Below, piece after piece: positions 21,027 to 29,586 of a stretch of DNA of 64,000 nt. The position numbers and the translations under genes are program-made. Source of the stretch: Paramoeba atlantica (Eukaryota > Protista > Discosea); contig CDRNVI010000021.1 in the NCBI GenBank assembly GCA_977017575.1, forward strand, positions 372,001 through 436,000, written 5' to 3'. The notes under the pieces were generated by a model. It was not told where the DNA came from. It searched no databases and saw only the letters and a program-made list of their open reading frames with translations. Position 1 is the first letter of the stretch; each line of letters opens with the position of its first letter.

Positions 21027-22124
21027 ATGAAGGCTGTCATTCAGCTACACAAACTGTTCAAGAAAGATGAAGACTACAAAAAACGTAAACAAGCCTTCAC
21101 GCAGGATCAGGATTCAAAGGTATCTAATGGTGAACAAGACTTAACTCGTCAAAAGGAAACATTGATCGCCCTCGAAGCTCATTTTCGTGAATTAGAGAAA
21201 GGGTTTCTAAGCAAAGCCTATCATGAGGCTGTCACAGCAACAAAGTGCTTGACAGTTAAAGGTCTTCACACACCTACGTGCATTTTGCGTTATGGCTGTC
21301 CTCGAGATTCTCGACGCGAAATTTGGCTTGCAATCACCGGGGCCCGTGACTTGAAACATCAGCATGGAGGACCACGGTATTACACGCAGTGCATTCAAAA
21401 TGCGACCGAATCCAACACGAAGCAGATTGCAAAAGATCTTCACCGCACCTCACCTCTTTTAGCTGTGTTTCACGATTCGATGAACACAGAATCTCTCCGT
21501 CGAGTTTTGTTCGCTGTGGCGACACATTTAAAGCATTCCTATTGTCAAGGAATGAATGTGGTTGCGGCTTTACTGCTTCTTGTTTACACACCGCGTCATG
21601 AACTAGATGTATTCTATACTCTCATCTCGCTGGTTGAGCGGAACAAGTATAGTGCCGGGTATTATGATGCAACTCTCTCTGGTGTACAACGAGACATCAG
21701 AGTTTTAGATTATTTGATTTTTCAGGACGATCCGTTATTTAGCACCCATTTACAAAATATTCTTGGGATACGCCCTGCAGGTCTTTTTGTGGATTGGCTA
21801 TTGTGCTTATTCGTTGGTGTTGTCCCAACCGAGTGGGTTCTGAGGATTTGGGATTTGTACATACTACGTGGCATTCCCGCAATACTTACTATTTTTCGCT
21901 CCCTTGTACGACATTCTTCGACAACCCTTGCAAATAGTGACGTGAACACGGCAATTGATAAGGTGCAACAAGTCCGAAGGCAACTTCGAAATTTAGTAGC
22001 GTTGGATAAAGTTTTGATCCCCACATTTTCCGAAAATATGCACAATATTTCTTTTGATGAATTGAGACAACTACGAACCAAAGCTATTAATGGCGAGCTA
22101 CTTTTAGACGAATCAAGTGATTAA
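21027..22124 (+). CDS. TBC-domain Rab GTPase-activating protein
   Basis: GCPRDSRREIWLAITGA, QIAKDLHRT (IxxDxxR), YCQGMNVVAALLL (YxQ), DWLLCLF, LRIWDLYILRG. Confidence 0.92.
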   Translation: MKAVIQLHKLFKKDEDYKKRKQAFTQDQDSKVSNGEQDLTRQKETLIALEAHFRELEKGFLSKAYHEAVTATKCLTVKGLHTPTCILRYGCPRDSRREIWLAITGARDLKHQHGGPRYYTQCIQNATESNTKQIAKDLHRTSPLLAVFHDSMNTESLRRVLFAVATHLKHSYCQGMNVVAALLLLVYTPRHELDVFYTLISLVERNKYSAGYYDATLSGVQRDIRVLDYLIFQDDPLFSTHLQNILGIRPAGLFVDWLLCLFVGVVPTEWVLRIWDLYILRGIPAILTIFRSLVRHSSTTLANSDVNTAIDKVQQVRRQLRNLVALDKVLIPTFSENMHNISFDELRQLRTKAINGELLLDESSD

Positions 22125-22454
22125 CTTGATAATACAGATATCCAGATAACTTGCTAAAACCGATGCAAATTAAATGTCTTTCCCGCTACATTAAACGAGG
22201 TGCTTGTTTTCAGCGAAGAGGGCGTCATCGCTGAGCACTTCATATTCACAGTTCCTTGGACGGAATAACTACCGGTTAAAAGATTCCAGCAGTGCCTTTT
22301 CCCCTTTTCTGAAATTTACACTACTTTGATCGATGAAGGACGTAGTAAGGTTGTACTGTACCTTAGGTGCAGTACTACTACCACGCCCTCTATATAAGAA
22401 CTAATTATAAATTACCCCGTTCTCAGGATTCATGAACATTTTAGGCTCTTTGTA

Positions 22455-22652
22455 GGTGGTTGTTTTCAACACAGAAGTCACGCATTCTGCGCGCTTCGCG
22501 TTGAAAACTACCTCCTTAGTGACGATGTATCGGGGGAAAAATCCCTTTTGACCAAAAAATGCAACTGGACGTATTTTATTTTTCCGGAGAAATTCAAATT
22601 GTTTTATTTTTTTTGCACACGAGATATCTTGTTCCCTTAGCGAAGAGCTTTG
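22455..22652. mobile_element. Decayed transposon-end fragment
   Basis: 22610-22652 matches the GAGATCTCGTTCCCCTAGCGAAGAGCTTTG motif of the Tc1 TIRs; 22455-22515 matches the reverse complement of the core of 44087-44181. Confidence 0.6.
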
Positions 22653-22850
22653 ACGTACATGTAATTTTCTTATTGACACCCTCCTCCCCTCTGGCCGCAG
22701 AATATGTGGTTTTCCGAGTAAATTTTCTGGTATTACAAATCTTTTTTACTTTTCTTCAATTTCCTTTTGGAGCTACTTATTCAGATATTTTTATGTCACC
22801 CCAAATGCGCATTAGTTCATTCAGGTTTAATTAATTTTGTTTCGCCGTTG

Positions 22851-23510
22851 ATGCTCCTTTTTCTTTCGCATTTCTTGGGCGTCTTCCATCACTTGTCTAC
22901 ATGTAAGTCCATTGAGGCACCGTATGTGATGCAGCGGCGACAAGTTTTACCTACAGTAGAAATACAAATCTCGATAGACAATGGACACAGTTGGAATTCC
23001 CGTTATTTTGACTCCCAAAGAGAAGGATACTCTCCGCAGAAAGTGAACCTTTGGTCAAAAGAATTGACCTTGAATGATTGTATGGGAAGTGTACATGGAA
23101 AAATGTACATACGGACACGTTCTTCTCTAGGGTCACAAAACTCGTTCGTGCAGATTCGCATTCCTACGTGCTCTCTCACACTAAATGATGTTCATCCCCG
23201 GATCGGAATTTTCTTTGGTGAAAGAGGGGAAGTACTTGGGCTGCAATGGCTGGGAATGTTTGTCACCAAATGTCATGCTCGTCGAAACGTGATTCCTCAT
23301 TACTCAATGTTCGTGATAGTTGCTGAAACTGAAATGGAAACGAAAATTCCCTCATGGGGCACCACTGCCGAAATACACCACAAGTCGCTCAACCAGAGTG
23401 AAAATCTCAGCACAGAGCAGAAGACAAATTGGTGGCCATATGTGTTCACATTTTTCTTATCGTGGATGTTAACACGATTATTTTTCAGTCCATTATCCAA
23501 GGATTCTTGA
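22851..23510 (+). CDS. EMC10: ER membrane protein complex subunit 10-like
   Basis: Hydrophobic N-terminus from ATG 22851, QIRIPTCSL...GEVLGL, C-terminal TM NWWPYVFTFFLSWML. Confidence 0.65.
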   Translation: MLLFLSHFLGVFHHLSTCKSIEAPYVMQRRQVLPTVEIQISIDNGHSWNSRYFDSQREGYSPQKVNLWSKELTLNDCMGSVHGKMYIRTRSSLGSQNSFVQIRIPTCSLTLNDVHPRIGIFFGERGEVLGLQWLGMFVTKCHARRNVIPHYSMFVIVAETEMETKIPSWGTTAEIHHKSLNQSENLSTEQKTNWWPYVFTFFLSWMLTRLFFSPLSKDS

Positions 23511-23655
23511 CTCTTGTGGGTTCTTGATTCTTGCCCAGTGATAACCATACCACTATGGTGTGTATAAGATATACAAAGATGTACAGATGTATGAACGATC
23601 TGTACCGGCTTAATGGAAAATAGGGAAATTATTACTTGTAATCCTTCACAAACAC

Positions 23656-24252
23656 ATGATTCAAAAATATCTAGATGCTGCAGTCCAGAATGTCGAAATA
23701 AATTATCGTTGTGAAATACAGTTATCTGGCCCTGCCTTGCAACTCTTGGGGAAAACGATAAAGTTTTATGGAAGGGAGCTCTACACAGTGTCTTGCCATT
23801 TTGCATGTCAAAAGCAGGAAAATGATACAGAAATTCTGTCCCATACGACGCGCTGTACAAAGGAACTATCACGTGGGGACCCGGATGGCGTTGCGAATTC
23901 CCCCAAAAATGCTTTAGCGAAACATTGCAGCGCTATTTCTACGATTAATTTGAAAAGAAGCATCTTAATATTTCCTCTGCATTCCCACTTTTTCGTTGAT
24001 CTGGAAAATAAGTGGATAAATATTGTCCATGAAAGAAACATGTTAAATAGTGTGGCTGTTAGAATCTGTGCTCCTACAAAGGCAGACCGTACTGTTCAGC
24101 AGAATGGTCCACAACTTTATACCCGGTCAAGCGTTGAACTTGTAACATCACATCATACCTTAAACGAAAGACCTCGACCAAAGAGAATTCGAGTTATTAC
24201 TTCACGTCAAACGTCAAGTGCAGCAAAGATGGAAAGTTCACATGAGACGTAG
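23656..24252 (+). CDS. Hypothetical protein, 198 aa
   Basis: ORF on cluster strand, ATG start; no motif. Confidence 0.4.
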   Translation: MIQKYLDAAVQNVEINYRCEIQLSGPALQLLGKTIKFYGRELYTVSCHFACQKQENDTEILSHTTRCTKELSRGDPDGVANSPKNALAKHCSAISTINLKRSILIFPLHSHFFVDLENKWINIVHERNMLNSVAVRICAPTKADRTVQQNGPQLYTRSSVELVTSHHTLNERPRPKRIRVITSRQTSSAAKMESSHET

Positions 24253-24352
24253 CCTCATTGATCTGGGACGTGGGTCGTGCTCCCCCATTTGAGAAGGGTA
24301 TTGGTCCTGTGGGCGAAAGCCTGTCCGAGAGCGATGCAATATTCAGTACATA

Positions 24353-25931
24353 CACTCATGGTCAGAAGTGTGCCCCCGGCCTGGCAAATGTCAATTTTTT
24401 TATCCAATTTTTCTCATTTTTGCAGCATTCGAGAGATCTCGTTCCCCTAGCGAAGAGCTTTGCCGCCTTTTTTTCATAGGGACCCCCTGGTGCTCTGGTG
24501 GTGACCCCAAAGTAGACCAAAAACAAAAAATGGTACATTAGACATCCAGAAGAAAACATCACCCTTTCAATGATAAAATGAGAAAAAAGGAAGAAGTATC
24601 AATATCCGCAGTGCTCCCCATTGGTCTGAATAACTATTTGCATACGTTTGGGAACAGAATTGATGGAATTCAACACTTTCTGTTTGTGTGGGGCACGTTT
24701 TAGAGCATTAAACGCCTTTTCTATGGCCTTTGTCAGGGTTACATAGTTATGTGGCTTAAATTTTTTTTGTACCATTTTGTTCATCAAGCTCCAAACGTTC
24801 TCAATAGGATTGAGATCTGGAGAGTTGGGGGGCCAATTCATAAGAGGAATGGTATAGTTTATAAGCTCATGCTTTACCAAATTATGGGTTGTGGCGCTAT
24901 CCATTTGAACCCATACAATTTCCTTATTTTCCTTCAAATACTCTAAGAATCATTGTCGTTTTTTGAAGGCCCTTAGAATAGTTTCGCCCTTTACTTTGTG
25001 GGCGTCTGCATGGCTCACACCCCCAATTGGCTTGAAGATATGCAAGAAGAAGCCGTGGGTTTTGCTTATTCCCATCCATGCCATAACACCCTTCCCCCCA
25101 TACCATCGTCTGTTGCGACACCGTATCTTTTTGGGGCCCCCCTTTTTCCCAATAAAAAAATGCCCAACCCCATGAACACCACACATAAAGAGTTTTTCGT
25201 CGGTCCAAATTATATTATCCAACTTTTGGGGGGGAAGAGAAAGCAACTCGTTAGCCAATGCGACACGAAGGGCTTTATGCCGTTCGGTGAGGTCACAGTT
25301 CCGTGCCTTGGCCATTCTCGTGTACCCTGAGTTATGTAATACACGAACGACTTTCTTAATGGAACAATTGTACCCTTTCCTTTTTAATTGATCATGAACC
25401 AAGTTGTACGTCAAGCAACCCTCTTCCTTTGTATTTTCCTTATCAACTATTGATTTCACCTTTGATACAAATCTTTTTGAAGGCTTTGGCCTACCTGATT
25501 TCAGTGGAGATGACAGTTCATTACCCTTTTTTGAGAGATTAATAAATTTTCTAATTGTACGGCGGTCACGATCAAAGTTTTTATGAAGTTGGGTGATGCT
25601 GACGCCAGATTTGTGCTGTTTAACTATCTCTGTTCTCTCCGAAATGGACAAAGCGATGTTTCGTTTGTGACTTATACGAGGCGGGGTCCTCATGAAGAAA
25701 AAACAGGGAGAAAAAAGGATGATATACTAAAAGATTTGACTGTGATCCGAAAAAATGGGTAAAAAAAACCATGTTTTTTGGACCCAGGGGGTACCAGGGG
25801 GTCCCTATGAAAAAAAGGCGGCAAAGCTCTTCGCTAGGGGAACGAGATCTCTCGAATGCTGCAAAAATGAGCAAAAACGGATAAAAAAATTGACATTTGC
25901 CAGGCCGGGGGCACACTTCTGTCCATGGGTG
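24353..25931 (-). mobile_element. IS630/Tc1/mariner DNA transposon, 1579 bp, ~139-bp TIRs, TA target duplication
   Basis: TA at 24351-52 and 25932-33; 24353-24491 is the near-perfect reverse complement of 25793-25931; internal transposase ORF. Confidence 0.93.
24599..25693 (-). pseudogene. Tc1-like DDE transposase interrupted by one in-frame TGA (24950-24952)
   Basis: Track ORFs 24950-25693 and 24599-24937 are in the same frame; N-terminal HTH (SGVSITQLHKNFDRDRRTIRK, SGRPK), IIWTDEK, GGKGVMAW, QMDSATTH, WPPNSPDLNPIENVW. Confidence 0.9.
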
Positions 25932-26517
25932 TATATGCAAACTACAGTTGGTTCTACATACAATGTTGAGGGAGATACTACTCCCTCGCTATCCCATATT
26001 AATAAAATTTGGCCCGAAATTTGGCCCGACAAAAACTTTTCCGGAAGAAGTTTTTTCACAAAGAACCAAAGGCAGCACCATAAATACATGTAGATAGTTT
26101 TAGGAGAGAAAAACGCACCTTTTGGACCACTCGAGACTTCGGAAGCGATTTGCAAACCCCAATTTTCCAGATACTTTTTTCAACTTGAAGCGTGGGATGC
26201 GCAAGACCGTAGAAAAAATCCAGATCCAAATCATTCCGGATTGCTCCGGACGGTCACTGGCAAGCCAGACCCTTCACAGACAGATTTTGAAGTTCCGAGA
26301 CCGATGTCCTCTACCAGTTTCTGCTTGTCCAAGGCGGCACCAACGTGCTGTTACCAACACGCTGCGTCGACGAATTGTACGTCAACACGGCTTACTCAAG
26401 AGGTGTAAGCCGGGTAAGGGAGCTGGTTCCCTGAGGGGAGGGTCCGGGACGGTCCTCCGAGTACTGGGCCTAGTCGGTTCTCCGCCCAGCCTCTTAGAGT
26501 GAGGCCGCCAGGAATAA

Positions 26518-26596
26518 TGCGATGAGCGGGTTTGAACTCGCCATCTCAGCACCATGTGCTTCAAACTTTGAATTCTTGCCACTCCGCCACCTCCGC
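26518..26596 (-). ncRNA. Degenerate tRNA-like sequence (Leu-CAA-like) retaining A- and B-boxes
   Basis: Minus strand GCGGAGGTGGCGGAGTGG (A box)...TTCAAAG...AGCAC-ATG-GTGCT (variable-arm-like)...GAGTTCAAACCC (B box)...ATCGCA; D-stem and anticodon stem broken. Confidence 0.5.
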
Positions 26597-26736
26597 TTAA
26601 GAGAAGACCGTAGAGGAAGGAGGAGGCGCAAGTCATAAGGGCAGAAGGCGGAGCCTTCTGCCTTTTTGCCGCAGCGACGACAACTTCCTCGCGTGGGAAG
26701 CTGTAAGGAGTCCTAGGGAACATGTTTTTACTATGT

Positions 26737-26920
26737 AACCCAGGGTAAAGGGGACGAGGGAGATACCAATAGTGTAGGTGCAGCAGTTTCACACAGGAAA
26801 TACGGTGTCTCCCTTATGGCATGAAGACCGGTGCCTAAAAAGGTGGAGATGCCGTTTTTCCCGTGGGAAACTGCCGAACCTACACTATTGATATCTCCCT
26901 CGTCCCCTTTACCCTGGGTT
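26737..26920. repeat. Fold-back inverted repeat, ~76-bp arms and ~30-bp spacer
   Basis: 26737-26812 is the reverse complement of 26845-26920 with 8 mismatches; outer 42 bp have 1 mismatch. Confidence 0.85.
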
Positions 26921-27030
26921 TAATAATGAATTTATGGCACATGATTATGTGCGAAACAAGTGCAGAATTTGCTTCTTTATTTCGTACTTCCCTTAATTCA
27001 TATTTCATCCTTTTTCGAATTTTCAAACGC

Positions 27031-27828
27031 ATGATAACCTGTCCTGTGTCTGTGTTGGCAACCCTGACAGTAATCTTTTGTCCAGATGCTCCTCGAGACG
27101 CAAAAAGACGGAAAATGATGGCCAGTACTGCTGAAGAAGGGGGGCTTCGTACTTTTACCCAACATTTGACTTACTATCGCTTTTCTTCGGAAGCACCTAC
27201 GTGGCTATGGCCTGGTGTCTTTACTAATGAAATTCGCGAGATAACTGCCCTAGATTGGTCACACTTTAATCTTCAGGGAAACCTAACTTGGGAAACGCTT
27301 CCAGAAACAATGCGAGATATAAATTTGGAGAATAACTGGCTTCGTGGGTCGGTGCGTTTCGAAAATTTGCCCGCCATGTTGCAGTACTTAACGGTCGCCT
27401 CAAATCGTCTGTCTGGTCCCATTGATCTGACAAATTTGCCCCTCGCACTCAAATCACTTATTGTGGTGGACAACATGTTTTCTAGTAATATTGCTCTGGA
27501 TCGACTTCCTCCGTCACTTGAAGAATTGAATTTGGGACGTAATCGCTTATATGGGACGCTCAATTTTACATCGCTGCCTAAAAGTTTACGTCGCTTAGAG
27601 CTTCATAGAAACAGTTTCAGTGGAGAAATAGATTTGCAACGATTACCTGAAAATATGAACCGTTTGAAACTTTACAATAATGATCTTTGCGGGCAATTGA
27701 GCTTCACGCAACTTCCCTCCAAGTTACAAGTTTTATATTTGGAAGGTAATGTGTTTAGCGGTTTTTCTCGACCACCACCTCAAGGAACAAATGCCTTGTT
27801 CGTTAATGATACTGTCATATATGTATAA
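27031..27828 (+). CDS. Leucine-rich repeat protein (7 x 23-aa repeats), hydrophobic N-terminus
   Basis: LPxxLxxLxLxxNxLxGxIxLxx repeats (LPETMRDINLENNWLRGSVRFEN, LPAMLQYLTVASNRLSGPIDLTN, ...); ATG 27031 or 27115. Confidence 0.88.
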   Translation: MITCPVSVLATLTVIFCPDAPRDAKRRKMMASTAEEGGLRTFTQHLTYYRFSSEAPTWLWPGVFTNEIREITALDWSHFNLQGNLTWETLPETMRDINLENNWLRGSVRFENLPAMLQYLTVASNRLSGPIDLTNLPLALKSLIVVDNMFSSNIALDRLPPSLEELNLGRNRLYGTLNFTSLPKSLRRLELHRNSFSGEIDLQRLPENMNRLKLYNNDLCGQLSFTQLPSKLQVLYLEGNVFSGFSRPPPQGTNALFVNDTVIYV

Positions 27829-28185
27829 TGCCCTGATAAATACCATCTCATGAAGGTACGCATAGAATTAGAAGAGATTTATACATACAGGCGTGAAAAT
27901 TTTCATCTACTGCAGGGGGTCTAAAATTTGCAAAAGAAAATATAGATACATAAGGTATGTACTCGACCGCGAACCCAGCAAAAAAAAGCTTTTTCCTACG
28001 ATAAATATGAGAAGCATTACAATTTTCAACATGGTGGATTTACGAACCTCTTATTTAATGGGTAATTTATTGCACTACTACATGTACTATGGAATAAATT
28101 GAAAATAACTTGCAATGTCTCCAGAATACTACTCTAGGTAGTTATAAATCCCCTGGATCTTTCGTGTACATTGTAGTATGATAAC

Positions 28186-28887
28186 ATGGAAAATAGGTCA
28201 GTGCGTCGGGGTTGTAAATATAAGAAAGAAAGGGCTCATCGTACGAAAGAAACTACAATCGATGCTTTTGAGTTCGTTGAACGTAACGTTCTCTTTTTCG
28301 TGAATCCTTTCGAAGGTCTGCGCACGATTCCTTTTGATTTTGATCAAACGTCTAATGTACGAACAAGCAGAGGTAGTTCAGGTACCAAATCAATAAATGT
28401 GTGTGGATGTCACGAATTTTATTCTACTAAATCAGACTTAGGTATTCTACCCAATGAGTCGTGCGAAGCTTATGCAGAGGTTGAAAATTTTTGTGTAAAC
28501 CACCACGAAGAGCGAGCTCATTGTGTACACGGACTTCTTGAGGGGTCAGGATTATTACGGGATATAGATTATATGGTTCATAATCCTCTACGGATTGCTA
28601 GTTACACTCAACTATATATTTTGTTTATTTGGCATGGAGAGAACTCCTGGGTAACCCGTCCATATTGGCATCTCGCATACATGGCTCTCGATGTTGCGCG
28701 GCACTATGAATCAAGCTGGGATCTTTCTCGAACCCATGATGAATTCGGATCAAGTATATTCTTATTAAAATGTCGTAACGATTTCTATAAAGGTCGTGAA
28801 CATGAATTGATGACAAGTATAGTCTTTACAAGTAACGATTCTTTACATCAATGGATAGCAGAGCATTCTGAAAATACAGAAAAATAA
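28186..28887 (+). CDS. Hypothetical protein, 233 aa
   Basis: ATG-started ORF on cluster strand; no motif. Confidence 0.5.
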   Translation: MENRSVRRGCKYKKERAHRTKETTIDAFEFVERNVLFFVNPFEGLRTIPFDFDQTSNVRTSRGSSGTKSINVCGCHEFYSTKSDLGILPNESCEAYAEVENFCVNHHEERAHCVHGLLEGSGLLRDIDYMVHNPLRIASYTQLYILFIWHGENSWVTRPYWHLAYMALDVARHYESSWDLSRTHDEFGSSIFLLKCRNDFYKGREHELMTSIVFTSNDSLHQWIAEHSENTEK

Positions 28888-29165
28888 GTATAGAAAATTT
28901 TCCTCTTGTAACGTTTTGAACCTCTGACTTCGGGAGCTATGCTGCCGAAGTGGGTGGTCTCGGACGATAGCCTATCATAGGACGATAAATATTTTTTGAC
29001 ATAGTCAAGCCAATATTACTCGAACTTTCTCTGTTTGTTTGTTCCCCTTTTTTCAATAATCGAGGATAGAGCGGTAGTTATACAACCACCGCAATAGTTT
29101 AACATTCATGATTTTTATTAGCCGGACGGATCCAATGCTATTTTTTGTTTCATAATTTCAGTATA

Positions 29166-29503
29166 CTCCCCCTCTGATTAATTTTGGTAAATGGACTTTT
29201 TTTTAATTTTTCTCCCCCATTATTTTGATAATGATTTATCAAAAGATTCTATTTTTGATAAATAATAAATCAATTGTTTGCCTCGTTTCTATATATTTCG
29301 TTCTCTAGAACAGCGAAGTCACAATTTTTTCAGTTCGAATACCCAAAATGCCCCAAATCTGGGGTAAAAAGTTGCCGTTTTCGCCCAGAAATCGGGTATT
29401 TTTTCCCGAAAGCTGTTTTCAAATCTTATTTATTTTGATAAATGATAAATGGTAATAATAAGTCACTTTTATTTATTATTATCAAAATTAATCAGAGGGG
29501 GAG
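29166..29503. mobile_element. Stowaway-like MITE, 338 bp, perfect 21-bp TIRs, TA flanks
   Basis: TA|CTCCCCCTCTGATTAATTTTG ... CAAAATTAATCAGAGGGGGAG|TA; AT-rich interior with recurring TTTTGATAA. Confidence 0.88.
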
Positions 29504-29586
29504 TACACATTTTGAGGATTGATCATTTCATATTTCACAAAATTTGAATTTGGTTGTCAAAAGATAAATCAAGGCTTTCATACACT

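Noticed and set aside
22459-22510. GTTTTCAAC/GTTGAAAAC as CRISPR repeats
   Set aside because: Single inverted pair, no direct-repeat/spacer array, no cas genes, eukaryotic context
24950-24952. TGA in the transposase as evidence of UGA recoding
   Set aside because: Other Trp codons are TGG, cellular genes end in TGA (e.g. alpha-SNAP), and the sister copy has Gly at this position
24924-25208. QTMVWG Tc1-like motif in an alternative frame, suggesting programmed frameshifting
   Set aside because: The main frame already has GGKGVMAW at the right place and the two catalytic halves are in the same frame
26288-26396. RNase P/MRP CR-I (GAAGTTCC) and CR-V (ACACGGCTTA)-like motifs
   Set aside because: Only ~100 nt apart with poor P4 pairing; too short for these RNAs
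26519-26570. tRNA-Sec on + strand (GATGAGC...GCTTCAAAC)
   Set aside because: No acceptor, D or T stems can be built; the reverse strand has the proper A/B boxes
26604-26612. AAGACCGTA as the U3 snoRNA 5' end
   Set aside because: Only 9 nt match; no following box A/C'/B/C/D pattern
26640-26667. Rho-independent terminator implying bacterial origin
   Set aside because: Eukaryotic context with no bacterial-type gene upstream; kept only as one hairpin of the structured island
26711-26745. U5 snRNA-like stem with GTTTTTACT loop, about 115 bp from the tRNA-like element
   Set aside because: No Sm site downstream and the 3' arm belongs to the fold-back repeat; not called without a covariance-model hit
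24258-28887. Fanzor/TnpB cargo with omegaRNA next to the Tc1 element
   Set aside because: The element is fully accounted for by transposase and TIRs; no nearby ORF shows RuvC or zinc-finger motifs
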